DNA from: Octopus vulgaris
Taxonomy: Eukaryota
Direction of reading: 5' to 3'
NCBI GenBank assembly: GCA_951406725.2
Contig: OX597820.1
Location: 60,016,001-60,080,000, forward strand
DNA: 64,000 bases
The notes under the pieces are model-generated. The model made no database searches, had not been told where the DNA came from, and was given only the letters and a program-made list of their open reading frames with translations. Made by a program: the position numbers and the translations under genes. Shown here in pieces: positions 27,340 to 41,326 of the stretch (positions are counted from its first letter, which is position 1; the number at the start of each line of letters is the position of its first letter).

Positions 27340-28432
27340 ATGCAGACAAACCACAAATCCCTTCAGGTAGATGGCCTTACTCGATATGTAGAAAAGGCAT
27401 AGGTAGAAACTCTATAAGATGTACCCTGTGTAAGCTATGGACACATAAGAGGTGTATCAATATCAAAGGAAGGCTTACTGGGAAGATAGTTTTTGTATGT
27501 GGCAGATGCTCAGGAGCAATAAATGCTGAAAATGCGCAGAGACCAACTTCCACCACATTCCAGGGAGAAAAACAAGAAATAGTTGATAGCTTCCGTTACC
27601 TAGGTGACCAAGTCAGTAGCAGGTGAGGGTGCACTGAAAGTGTGGCTGCTAGAATAAGAATAGCCTAGGCAAAGTTCAGAGAGCTCTTACCTCTGCTGGT
27701 GACAAAGGGCCCCTCGCTCAGAGTAAAAAGTAGACAACATGACGCATGCATACGAACAGCCATGCTACATGGCAGTGAAACATGGGCCGTGACTGCTGAG
27801 GACATGTGTAAGCTCACAAGGAATGAAGCCAGTATGCTCTGATAGATGTGTAATGTCAGTGTGCATACTCGACAGAGTGTAAGTACCTTGAGAGAAAAGT
27901 TGGACCTAAGAAGCATCAGATGTGGTGTGCCAGAGAGACGACTGCGCTGGTATGGTCATGTGGTGAGAATGGATGAGGATAGCTGTGTGAAAAAGTGCTA
28001 CACCCTAGCGGTTGAGGGAACCTGTAGAAGAGGTAGACCCAGGAAGACCTGGGATGAAGTGGTGAAGCACAACCTTTAAAAATTAGGCCTCACCGAGGCA
28101 CTGACTAGTGACTGAGACCTTTGGAAATATGCTGTGCTGGAGAAAACCCAGCAAGCCAAGTGAGATCATAACCTTGTGGCCTATGCCAGGGGTGTAATCA
28201 GCCCACTTATGCATACCTTTCCTTCATTGGATTCTAAACTCTGCTTGCGAAGACCTGTTGAGGCAAGTGAAATCAAAATCAAATTCGATGACTGGCATCC
28301 GTGCTAGTGGGGCGCTAAGAGCACCATCCGAGCGTGATTGTTGCATCCAGCTGTAGAAACTCTGCCAGATCAGTTTGGAGCCTGGTGCAGCCATCTGCTA
28401 GCATGGAAAGCGTACATTAAATGATGATGATG
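27340..28432 (+). mobile_element. RTE LINE 3' fragment (second copy)
   Basis: PSGRWPYSICRKGIGRNSIRCTLCKLWTHKRC...FRYLGDQ and RRLRWYGHVVRMDEDSCVK...GRPRKTW. In-frame stops are present; (ATG)n tail. Confidence 0.9.
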
Positions 28433-29156
28433 TGAATGTGTGTGTTTGTATTTGTGCATGTGTGTTTTTTGTATGTGTGTATGTTTTTGTGTGTGTGTGT
28501 CTGTAATGTTTTCTATGGTATGTGTATGTGTGTATGTTGGTGTCTGTGTGTATTTGTGATGTTTTCTCTCTCGTGTGTGTGTGTGTGTATTTGTGATGTT
28601 ATTTTGTGTGTGTATGTGTTCTGGCATATATGTATATTGAAAAAACATTTAGGTGGTGATGGGAAGTATTTTCTAAAAGTGATAATATGTATAAATTTGT
28701 GCTTATATATTCTTTTCTACTCTAGGCACAAGGCCTGGAATTTTGGGGGAGGGGGCCAGTCAATTGGATCAACCCCAATATGCAACTGATACTTAATTTA
28801 TCAACCCTGAAAGGACGAGAGGCAAAGTTGTGATTAGGTCTATATTTAATTGTGGTTTATACTTGATAAATTGACTTTCTTTATTCAGTCTTTGTTGTTG
28901 ATTGAAGGAATTTGAACACTTGTAGAGGGGAAATATTTTGAAATTATGTTGCCATCTGGCTGCTTAAAGGAATTTTCCTTGTGCTTTTGTCTTGGTTCTA
29001 TTCGTGATGGGTCATCATTCTGTTGCATAATGATCCACCCATCGGACCTATGTAATTATGTTGGCAACCATTGCATATGATTACGTAGATCAGGTTTTCC
29101 AGGTTGCAGGTGAGATTGGACTTCATTTTGAAGGTTTGGCCATATATATATATTTA

Positions 29157-29525
29157 TATCATCATCATATCATCATCATTTAGCGTCCGTTTTCCATGCT
29201 AGCATGGGTTGGACGGTTCAACTGGGGTCTGTGAAGCCAGAAGGCTGCATCAGGCCCAGTCTGATCTGGCAGTGTTTCTACAGCTGGATGCCCTTCCTAA
29301 CGCCAACCACTCCACAAGTGTAGTGGGTGCTTTTTACGTGCCACCCGCACAGGTGCCAGACGGAGCTGGCAAACGGCCACGAACGGATGGTGCTTTTACG
29401 TGCCACCGGCACGGGGGCCAGGTGAGGCTGGCAACGGACACGAACGGATGGTGCTTTTACGTGCCACCGGCACGGAGGCCAGTCGGGGCGGCGCTGGCAA
29501 CGGCCACGAACGGATGGTGCTTTTT
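29157..29525 (-). mobile_element. RTE LINE 3'UTR fragment with three ~61-66 nt tandem units
   Basis: A (CAT)n tail, then sequence closely matching the reverse complement of 26280-26625. Confidence 0.85.
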
Positions 29526-29539
29526 ATATAATATACATA

Positions 29540-30670
29540 CAGGGTGCAGTGAATAAATTGTCATCTAAATTATGCAAAAATGAAAATAACATTGACATCT
29601 CATTTTAACAATTATTTTCCAAAATTACATAAAAATATCTTGAAATACTAAAAAGTAAATTTATTCAATTAAATTGCCATTGGCTTCAGCCATGGCCTCC
29701 AGACAACTTTGGAATCTTCTGTAACTATTCTGGACAGTTTCTTTGTTTAAGTTGGTAAATGCTGCTGTAATCTTTGCCCTCAGTTCACCTTTGTTGTTAT
29801 AAAGAATTTTGTTGGTCTATCACTCAACTGTGCCCCATGCATAATAACAAGGGAGTTGCAGTCTGGAGAGTTAGGTGGCCAGATGTTCAGGGTGATGTGA
29901 TCGTAGAAACTGTCTGACAGTCATGACTGGGTTCTCCTGCTTGTGTGGCATGGTGCAGAGTCCTATTGCCAAGCATAGGGTCTTCCAACTACAACCCTCT
30001 TGACTCAGGGTAGCACTACCTCCTCCAGGCACTTGATGTAGGCTCCAGTGTTGAGCCTGAGGCTGTGTGGGAAGATGGATGGAGGAATAACTTTGCCATC
30101 ATTAGTGATCACTCCAAACACCATGATGTTGACTGGACATTTGATTTTTATCACTCTCAGTACATGCTTTGGGAACATGGTAAGCCAACAGTTGTTCTGT
30201 ATGTTCACCATCTGATCCTGGCTGAAATTTTTCTCATCTGAGAAAAATCAAAGCATGTTCAGTTAGAGGGGATGCTTGAATTTGTTCAAAAGCTTTGTGG
30301 CACAGTCTTTCCTCTTGTCCTTGATGGCTTGGGATAAAAATTGGTCCTTTTTCATCTTGTATGAGGAATACCAAATGTCTTCATGCACTACCTACCTGAT
30401 AAGAAACTCAGACATACCCATGTCCTTGGTAATAGACCTGATTGACTTGGAGGGATTGCTATTAATCATGACCTGGATCTCACCAATTCAGTTCTTTTCC
30501 TATCAGAACAGTCAGAGTGAGTTTTCCAAGCTGCTGTACCTTCGTATTCACCATCAGACTCATTTTAATGAGTTTTATTTATTTATTTATCACCCGATGG
30601 ATGCTTCTGAACCAGTTGTTGAGTGTCCCACCCAAGGAATCGATGCTAGATGTGTCAAAACAATTGTCGT
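29540..30670 (-). mobile_element. Degenerate Tc1/mariner-superfamily element, DD37D (maT)-like
   Basis: TA|CAGGGTG end. Minus strand gives FSDEKNF, MVFGVITNDG, DSAPCHTS...WPPNSPDCN. 37 residues separate the second Asp from the (mutated) third catalytic position. Confidence 0.8.
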
Positions 30671-30764
30671 GATTAATAATAAATTCTTGTATATTCTATC
30701 TTCTGACTTTCATTTGTTATATATATATATAGATATAAATATATGTATGCATGTATATATATAG

Positions 30765-30821
<57 letters not shown>

Positions 30822-31224
30822 CATACACACACACACACACACACCTATATATATACATGCATACACATATATATATCTATATATATATATAACAAATGAA
30901 AGACAGAAAATAGAATATATATACAGAAGATGTATACACCAAATGAGCCAACAACCAGGAAAGAAAAACACATGCAAGAGTTGTGATATGAAATCCCACC
31001 ACCCTGAAGAAACCAACCCATAAGAGGACTGTGGAAAGGGAACAAAATCATGGTGGCATTCTAGCATGACCACAGCTGTATGGCTGAAATGCCTAAAACA
31101 AATAAAGGATCGATCGATCCATTGATCCATTCATTCATCATATAAATGTATATTGTGTGTGTGTTTATTTATATATATATATACATATATATATATAGCA
31201 TAATCACTACCAAAACTGGAGAAA

Positions 31225-32343
31225 AAAATTTAATGAGTGAAAGCAAGGTCTGGAATCAAAGGGCTTCAGAGTTATTTTAGCAAAAATCAAAGTCTTAGTA
31301 GAAAAGCTGACAAATCACAAATCCCTTCAAGTAGATGGCCCTGCTCAATATGTAGAGAAGGTGTACTTAGTGCAAGTTAAGGACACATAAGAGTTACAAC
31401 AATATTAGAGGAAGGTCAACAAGGAAGATAGTCTTTATGTGTGGCAGGTAAAATAAACATTAGAAATATACAGAAAATAGACACCATCAAATGCCAGTGG
31501 GGTACCTAGAAGTAGTTGATAGCTTTCATTATTTAGGTGACCAAGTCAGCAGTGAAGCGGGGTGCTCTGAGAGTGTAGCTGCCAGAATAAGAATAGGTTG
31601 GTTGGGCAAAGTTCAGAGAGCTTCTACCTTTGTTGGCAACAAAGGACCTCTCCCTCAGAGTACAAGGCAGATTGTATAATGCCAGCATACAAACAGTTGT
31701 GTTTCACTGCATGAAACATGGGCTGTGATGGCAGAGGATAGGCAAAGGCTTGAAAGAATTGAATCTAGTATGCTGGATGTACAATGTCAGTGTGCCTATG
31801 TTGAAAGAAAAATTGGGTATAAGAGGCATCAGATGTAGTGTGCAAGGGAGACATCTGTGTTGGTATGGTCACGTGATGCATATGAATGATGCTGTGTAAA
31901 GATGTCCCTAACTGTGGAGGGAATTTGTGGAAGAGGTAGACTAAGGAAGACATGGGATGAGGCAGTGAAGCATGGTCTTCAAATGTGGTGTCTCGTGGAG
32001 GCAATGACAAGTGATCATGATCTTTGGCAATTTGCTGTGCATGAGAAGACGCATCAAAGCAAGTGAAATAATAGTTGTGGCTGGTGCTGGTGACACATAA
32101 AAGCACCCATGATGGTGATATGTAAAAGCACTTGTACTGGCGACATGTAAAGGCATTCATAACAGTGACATGTAAAAGCACCCACTACACTGTGTGGTTG
32201 GTGTTAGAAAGGGCACCCAGCTATAGAAACCAAGCCAAATTCAGACTGAAACCTGATGCAGCTCTCCGGCTTACCAGTTCCAGTCAAGCTGTTTAATCCA
32301 TGCCAGCATGGAAAATAGTTGTTAAATGACAATGTTGATGATA
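31225..32343 (+). mobile_element. Older RTE LINE 3' fragment (third copy)
   Basis: LEVVDSFHYLGDQVSSEAGCSESVAARIRIGW; colinear with 27340-28432 with many indels. Confidence 0.85.
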
Positions 32344-32357
32344 TATCTTATATAATA

Positions 32358-32653
32358 GGTGTAGGAGTGGCTGTGTGGTAAGTAGCTTGCTTACCAGCCA
32401 GATGGTTCTGGGTTCAGTTCCACTGCGTGGCATCTTGGGTAAGTGTCTTCTACTATAGCCTCGGGCCAACCAAAGCCTTGTGAGTGGATTTGGTAGACAG
32501 AAACTGAAAGAAGTCCGTCATGTATATATATATATATATATATAAAAAGGGGCGAGCAACAGGTTGCTTAGCCACATACTGAAAAATCAGAAATAGCAGT
32601 CAAAGACTGTTTATTTCTATTTTCCACAAATATGACTCCACATACAACATATT

Positions 32654-32684
<31 letters not shown>

Positions 32685-32860
32685 GTAACATTTTTTTAAA
32701 AGTCCCTACCGATAATGGTTATAACTCGGTGGTTCGGCAAAAGAGACCGATAGAATAAGTGCTAGGCTTACAAAGAATAAGTCCTGGAGTCGATTTGCTC
32801 AACTAAAGACGGTGCTCCAGCATGGCCACAGTCAAATGACTGAAACAAGTAAAAGAGTAC
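32358..32860 (+). mobile_element. tRNA-derived SINE (CR1-type tail), interrupted
   Basis: A-box-like tggctgtgtgg, B-box-like ggttcagttcc, and the tail ggtgctccagcatggccacagtcaaatgactgaaacaag. Confidence 0.85.
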
Positions 32861-34137
32861 ATATAAAAGAGAGATTCTGTCTGTTTGTGTATTTGTTCAT
32901 TTGTTTGCCCACCAAAATGAAAGTAAATGTTTCAAGGGAAGAAGCTATTATGCTTTTCCTATATTTGTTATTATGCATTTCCTAATTGTCTCAACAACAA
33001 TTATCCAATGGTACGACACTAATTGCACACAAATCTATGAGGAACTGCATTGAGGCAAATATTCTATAAATAGTCTATAGTGGAAAACACTTGCCCAAAG
33101 AGCCATGTAGTGGGACTGAACTCAGAACCATTCAAGTTATAAGAAATAATTAAGTCAATTGTTTGTACTTTTATTCTTTTATCTTGTATTTTGTATAATC
33201 TTATATAATGATAAAAGACGATGATGATGATGACAATAATGATACAGAAATACTCCACCCATAACTCAGTTACTTCTGATTAGTTCAAAAATTATAGAAA
33301 GAAGTTGAAACTATAGAAAGGTTACAAAGAGGTACAGTGACTGTAGAAAGTTTATTGAAGTTGTATGAACTATTTACAGATTATAGAAAAGTGTGGGACC
33401 AACTATAGAAATATAGTGGAGCCTACAGAAATACAGAGGTCTGAGTGGCCTGTTACTCTTGAGTTTCTATGGCATAGCAGTTACTTCTTCAGACAAGTCA
33501 GGCAAGTCCAGTCTCTCCCGTCTGCAGAAGCAGCTGTACAGAGTAACAAGCTATTGGCTCAGCTTAAATTAACTACTGTACTCTAAGCTTGTATTGAGTA
33601 CATTTTCTTCAGATCATTGCCCAACAATGGTGGGTAAGGATCTGGATGAACATATTATTGAATATCTAATATATATACATAAACATTTATTCCTCCCACA
33701 CCACCATACTGCCTGTTGTGCCCCCCCCCCCCGTTTCATTCTGTCTGCCATCATACTCTTGTTTCTTTGGACCAGTTGTACTCAGTACAAAATACATTCC
33801 CTTCCATCCTCTTGTACTGCCCCCCCCCTCCCACCAGTCTGTGTGCTGTTATACTCTCCTTCCTATGGACCATTTGTACGTAGTACACTATACCTTCACC
33901 CTCTCTCTCCCACTTTGTAAGGCCTGTCAACACTCTTGACTTACTCTGCCATCATATTCTCCTTCCTTTTCTCTTACATATCCTGGGTTTGTTTTCAATC
34001 TGTCTCCTGGATCATATTGCCATCTGTCATTGCCCCATTCTATTGGCAACATTGCCTTTACTATATATACATATCTTAGAATACTGAGTTCACCTGCCTA
34101 TCCCACAATTTAGGTATGGGAGCCTACATTGGATCAG

Positions 34138-34138
<1 letters not shown>

Positions 34139-34212
<74 letters not shown>
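34139..34212. repeat. (ATCT)n microsatellite
   Basis: Read directly. Confidence 0.95.
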
Positions 34213-34911
34213 CACACACACACACATACACACAGTACTTGACAATTGATGTTCATGTGTTTACACCCCTGTAACTTAGCAGTTTGGTAAAGGAGACTGA
34301 TAAAATAAATACTAGGGTTGATTTGTTCAACAAAAACCCTTCAAGGACGTGCTCCAACATGGCCTCACTCAAATGATAGAAACAAGTAAAAGAATAAATG
34401 AATATGTATGTATGTATGTATGTATGTATAAAATCTTCATTGCCATTTAACATCTGTTTTCCATGCTGACATGGGTTTCACAGTTTGACAATAGCTGGTA
34501 AGGTCAGGGGCTGCCCAAGGCTACATTGTCTGTTCTGGCATAGTTTCTATGGCTAGATGCCCTTTCTAATGCCAAACACTTTACGGAATGAACTGGGTGC
34601 TTTTTACGTGGCACCAGTATCTGTGCTTTTTTTTTTTTGTGGAATCATCACCTGTGGTTTTTATTTGGCATCAGCACCGACAGGGCCATCAAGTAAGTAA
34701 CTTGCAAAACAAAAATCCCTTCAGATATATATATATATATATATATATGGCGTTAGGAAGGGCATCCAGTCGTAGAAACACTGCCAGATCAGACTGGGCC
34801 TGATGCGGCCTTCCGGCTTCACAGACCCCAGTTGAACCGTCCAACCCATGCTAGCATGGAAAGCGGACGCTAAATGATGATGATGATGATGATGATATAT
34901 ATATATGTATG

Positions 34912-34989
<78 letters not shown>

Positions 34990-35536
34990 GGGAGAAAGAG
35001 AGATAGAACATATGGGTATAGTGTGTATGTATGCCAACACGGATATATGTGTCATATTAATTTGTTAGTAAACAGCTATACACATACTCACAAACATACC
35101 TACCAACTTACATACCCATGGACGCACACACGCATACTCATATATATGCATACACATGTTTATTGTTTACATATACGTTTTACATACTCACGAACACACA
35201 CGCTATACATCCATGCTGATAGGTATGAATTCGTAGAATTTTCTCACAGATTTCTTTCTACACTGTTCTAATAAACTTTTTTTCTAATTTCACTGAGTTC
35301 GGTGAATCCTATTTTGCTTAGACATTTAGGAGCCATATTTTCTTTCTCTTTTTATTTTTTTCAAAAATATTCTACAATAAAATTGGTAACTGGGACACAT
35401 TTGTTTTTGGCGATTGACGATGTATAAGTATTATTTTTTAATTTAAAACTTTAACGTTGACACACAACTAATTAGAAAGCTATTTGTAAAAGGAAAACTG
35501 ACAGGATTACGTAACAGGATTACGTATATCTATTCT

Positions 35537-35688
<152 letters not shown>

Positions 35689-37495
35689 TTAGATCCCAAT
35701 TTCAACAAAAAATATTCAGGAAAGAGCGAATGTTAAGGACAAAATTACTAATGGTAATCTCAACTTCGCTTTTAGGAGCCGGGATCCGTGATGATTTTGG
35801 GGTCATTTTTATTTTTATTTTGGTATGGGTGAGTTGTGTCTTATATGATATCAATACGGTGTGTATATATATATATATGTATGTTTGTGTGTGTGTTTGG
35901 TAAGTGCCAAAGCACGAAACTTTCGGCCCTTGATTTCACTCTGCTAAATACCAATAAAAATATACATATACTCATATTTTGAGTTCTATTTTTCCTGTTT
36001 GCATCACCAAATATATACACATACATATATACATAAAAAATATGTATATATGAGTGTGAGTGTGGGAGTGTTTATATATTACACTCAGTACTTTGGTAAT
36101 TCATTAATTTGTCATAACGATTCCATATACTACGTCTTATTGTCAACAGGCGTTTTTTTTTCTTGTTTTCCCCACCCACGGTTATGTTAAGTTCCTTTTA
36201 AGCAACTCAATTGTCTTATGAATGAAATTACGTTTCAGCGAGATGTTATAACATAGTTACACGTTTACAAAACAACTATGTTTCTTCGTTTTTTTTTTTG
36301 TTTTTTCAGTTTTTGTTTGTTTATATATAAATTTAATTTTTTATTTTATTTATATTAATCATTAAATGGAATAAAGCATTACGAGAGCTGCTGGCTATGG
36401 GACAGCTGCGACACCTTTCAACAGTGATTCAGCTGTTTTTATATTAATAAATAAGAAAGTTCAAAAGCTAAGTGAAGTAAAAAAAAAAATACAGTACAAG
36501 CTTCAAAGCCTAAATGAAATGTTTTGTTTCAGCACACGGTCATTGCTTGGTGCCATTAAACAAGATTTTAAACAACACCTCTAACCAAATGTAAAAGTTC
36601 TTTACGTGTATGTTTGTTTGTGTGTGTGCGCGGTAATTGTGAACTATCAGAGTAAACTTCGCTGATTTTTGATGATTTCATTTTCGATTATTTTATATAA
36701 TATATGTTGCATATATAATGCCTATGTATAAAAGAAAATAATTGATCTTCCATCGGTTTCGACGATGAAAATTCACGGTCTTCGATCAACTAAACTATAT
36801 TTACTTTGTGTACGTAGTTGTGTATTCCGCATACACACTTGTCTCTTTAACGTAACAGAATCGGTGTGACACTAGTAGACAGACTGATCCTTTGAGTTAC
36901 AAGTACCGTACATACGACGAACACATTTTGTCAGTTCCCATATCTCTTAGAAAATATAGGTCGACTTTGTACAATCGAATCGGGACCCTCATGATTTTAA
37001 AGAGAACTTTTGAACAACTCTCCTCATGATTTTATGATTATGAACTGAGTATCCTAATCATATCTTCACTTTTATTTACATCTCTCTGTTTGTCTGTACA
37101 CACACACACTCTTACGTATGCGTGCGTAAAGTGTGTGTGTAACATTTTATCGTTTACTTTAGTCATTGGATTGCGGCCATGCTAGAGTACCGCCTTGAAG
37201 GGTTTCAACCAAAAGAATCGGCCCCATGGTTTCGCACCTCTCCTTGAAAAATGCATAAATTTTTTTTTTTTCAGACTCCTACGTTTTAGATGTCGGAGAT
37301 TACGAATATGGAAAAAAAATTAATCCTCATCCCCCATTAACATTTTTGATTTTGTTTACTTTAAAGAAATCGTAACGAATTGACGAACATGTGCAAATCA
37401 AAATTAAATACAGACAAAAGCATTAAATTGAAAAGAATTTGCGTTTTACTTGTATTTGCCTTAAATAATAATTTAATGTAAATTAAATATACACC

Positions 37496-38165
37496 AATAA
37501 TAAGTCTCTGAGTGAGATATAAACAGTAGCAGCACGGCATCGTGAAGTATATTTATCACCTAAATGTGGCTAACCCTTAAGGGTCAATACTACTGTAGCT
37601 TGTAGCCTCAGGAAGACATCTCCTCCAGCTGGTTATTGACACACTACCTGTGCCCTATCAGTATTTGCAAAGGGAAGTCATCGTTCCCATCTCCAGCCTG
37701 ACGTGATACACACGGACCAGAGTTTCTGAATATTGACCTGTCATTAGCATGTGACATCCACCAGTTGGCAATGGGAAGTGGCTCTCAATGCAAATATGTA
37801 TACTTTTTCCAGTGACGAAAAGTCACTGATTTTGAAAAAGTGGAAACAAGCAATAATAAATCTCTGAGCGAGGTATAAACAGTAGCAGCAAGACATTGTG
37901 ATGGGGCACAGATAGTGTGTCAATAGCCACTGGAGGAGATTTCATCCTGGGGCTACAAGCTACAGTAGAATCGACCCTTAAGGGTTAGCCACATTTAGGA
38001 TTGTAGATCTGTTTGTCAACAACATGCTACCGCTGCATGTAGTGGAGTCTCCCACCTTGGTTGGCCTGATCAAGATGCTAAACCTCATTAAAACATTGAT
38101 GTCCCACCACACTCTGGGCAGGATGATCTTTGCCAGCCATTAACAGCTGGAGGTGTATCTTACAA
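37496..38165 (+). mobile_element. Rearranged hAT-like remnant with direct and inverted repeats
   Basis: 37997-38143 reads RIVDLFVNNMLPLHVVESPTLVGLIKMLNLIKTLMSHHTL, similar to the hAT/ZBED MLPLSxVESPxF...SRxTL motif. A ~100-bp inverted repeat lies at 37559-37660 / 37899-37999. Confidence 0.55.
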
Positions 38166-40134
38166 GGTATTTATAAATCAAAATTATGCAAGATTATTAA
38201 ATTATCATTATGGCGTACTTCATATTTTCTTAATTTAATTTAATTATTTATCAAATAATTATTTTCTTAATGTAATAAAATGTATAATAGCTAATTGAAA
38301 TAAATGTCATAATATACAATATATGGAATATATATATATATGTATATAACCCATGCTAGCATGGAAAACGGACGATAAATGATGGTGATGATATATATAT
38401 TCCACTCATGATTAAGTCTGCACAGCCATTACAGCAGTTTTTAATCAAATGACAAATAAACGAACCTTAAGTTCTAAACTTATCAAATTCCGACCATCAT
38501 TCCTCCCTCATCTTGGTTATTCATCATACCCAACGCATCACCTATCAAGGTAGTGTCACTATTTTCAAAAGTTTAATAACAAGGCTTTAAATGATAAGCA
38601 TCAGATGAAAGTGAAACATTAGAAGCAAACCAAAATATTACCTAAAAATGACCTCAAAATTGTGTGACGTGATCTCGTTTTCAAGGTTATTTTAGTAGAA
38701 AAAAAGAGTTGTAGCAAAAACATAGTTTATTTGACAGTCTTTATATATAGATAGATGATAAGCAGCTTTCTTTATTATAGTACAGATGTGACTAATTCAG
38801 AGAAACATTACTTTCATTATTCACACATCATCACTCTTGTAATGCAACACTTTGTAATTTTTGTTCAAACTGTAAGTGTGACACTATTTTCACTTTCTAA
38901 TGAAACCTGGTCATTGTAGAGCAGAGACTTTCAAGTAACTAAAGCTGATTGTCGAGATAACATTGAAAATATGTAAAAGAAGATAAAGTTTATTAGGTAG
39001 CCAAAAGATTACTGAATCTTTTGATACCCCATACGTCAAAATTCGCAACTCAGTATTTGAATGCATAAGGAACATATGTGCACGCATGCACACACAAACT
39101 CTCTTTTATATATATAGATATACAAGTTCTGTGCCAAGATGGATGTCCAGAAGGGATCCTGAGTTCACCAAGGATATATAAATTTTTCCCATACTGAATG
39201 TTGAAAAGTGCTTTTCCAAATAAATTTAAATATTCCTATTGATTGTCCATTATCATCATCATCATTTAACATTCACTTTTCCATATTCACATGGGTCAGA
39301 TGGAATTTGTTGAGGTAGATTTTCGATAACTGGATGCCATTCCTGTCATCACCCCTTATCTGTTTCCAAGTAAGGTAATATTTCCCCATGGCTGGACATA
39401 ATTTCATGGAAGACTGGAAACAGAAAAACTTGCTTGTATGATGTTGATTTACAACTATCATGTGATATCTAGACAAAATTACACACACACACATGCACGT
39501 GCACACACACACATACATATATGTACAGAGTGTGTAAGATATTTGAGGACAGATCTAATGTTTAGAAAAAAAACCATATATAACTAGCAGAGATACCCAG
39601 CATTGCTCAGGGTTAAAATAGCATAGTCTTTTATTGTTTTATTTGTTTCGGTCATGTGACTGCGTCCATGCTGGAGCACTGCTTTTAGTTGAAGAAATTG
39701 AACCCAGGATTTATCGGTATGTTTTGCCGAATAGCTAAGTTACAGGATGTAAACACAGCAACATTGGTTGTCAAGGATTGGTGGGTGTATAAAGAGACAC
39801 ACACACTCACATACACACACATATATATACATATACATACATAAATATATATACACACAGATATATATATATATATATACACACACACATATATATATAC
39901 ATATATATATGTATGTATGTATGTATGTCTCTATTGTACTGTTTTGTTCCCAACTTTGACCCTCCATAAATACAAAATTTTATTTTGGAATTTATGGGAG
40001 CAACTGTCTTCAAAGACTCATATTGTTGTTGAATGCTTGAAATGAGGTGTAGATAGACAGAAGACAACTGACATAGACTTGCCCAAATGCTTCAATAAAT
40101 TAACATTGATATTTTTTTCACCGTTGTTACAATC

Positions 40135-41265
40135 ATCTGAAATAGAACTGTCAAAGTGCAATATTTGAGCAATTTTGCTATTCAACTTCAAAAAAAGGAT
40201 ATAAAGCAACTGAAACTGCTCACAATATCAATGAAATGTTTGGTGAGGAAATGACCAATGAGTGGTCAGTTTGAAAATGGTTTAAACAATTTTGCAGTGA
40301 AGACCTGAGCCTTGAAGATCATGTGTGTAGTGGGCACCCATTTGTCATCAATGACAGTCAGTTAAAGACCATCATTGAGAAAGATCCACGTAAAACCACT
40401 CGAGAAGTGGCAAAAGAACTTAGCCAGAAAACTGCTTGCAACCATTTGCATTATTATCATCAACATCATTGTTTAACATTTGCCTTCCATGCTAGCATGG
40501 GTGGGATGGTTTCACAAGGGCCAGCCAGACAGAAGCCTGCACCAGGCTTCTGTGACATGATTGGGAAATCAAAAAAGTTCAACAAATGGATACCACACAA
40601 TTTGAATGAAAATCAGAAAATGTGCAGATATGAAATTTGCTCGTCGCTTCTTCTCTGTAACCAGACTGATCCATTTCTTGACCATATTGTAACTTGTGAT
40701 GAAAAGTGGATTCTATACAATAATAGAAAACATTCTTCATGGTGGTTGGATCAAAATGAAGCACTGAAAACCTGTAAACCCAAGCTCTTCAAAAAGAAGG
40801 TTAGGGTGACAGTTTGGTGGTGTACTGCTGGACTCATCCACTATAACTTCTTAAAACCCAGAAAAACCATTACTGTAGAAACATATTGCCATGAAATTGC
40901 TAAATGAATGAAAATCTGCTATTCCTCCATCCTAGACTGGTAAACAGAAGAGGGCCAGTCATTCTTCATGACAATTCTCAACCACACATTTCACTAATGG
41001 CACTCCAGAAGTTCAAGGAACCTAGCTATGAAGTTCTTCCCTGCCCAGTTTATTCCTCAGACCTTTCTCCTATCGACTACCACTTTTTCAAGCACGTTGA
41101 TGATTTCCTGTGAGAGAAGGAATTCAACAATGAAACCGATGCTGAAAGTGCATTCAAAGAGTTCGTCATCTCCAGAACTCCAGATTTTTATGTTACCGGA
41201 GTAAACAAACTTGTAACTCATTGGCGAAAATATGTTGATGGCAATGGTATTTACTTTGATGAATA
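40135..41265 (+). mobile_element. Mariner (DD34D) transposase pseudogene, near full length
   Basis: Motifs WIPHNL, DHIVTCDEKW, HDNSQPH, YSSDLSPIDYH, with 34 residues between the last two Asp. Stops and frameshifts are present, plus a ~100-nt RTE-tail-like insert near 40452-40555. Confidence 0.9.
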
Positions 41266-41326
41266 AAATTTCAGCATTGTGAAATATATTGTGATGAATT
41301 TCATGTTTCAAAACGTTTTTACTCAG

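Noticed and set aside
29325-29525. CRISPR-like repeat-spacer appearance
   Set aside because: The apparent spacers are homologous to one another, the array is part of a LINE 3'UTR in a eukaryotic locus, and there are no cas genes.
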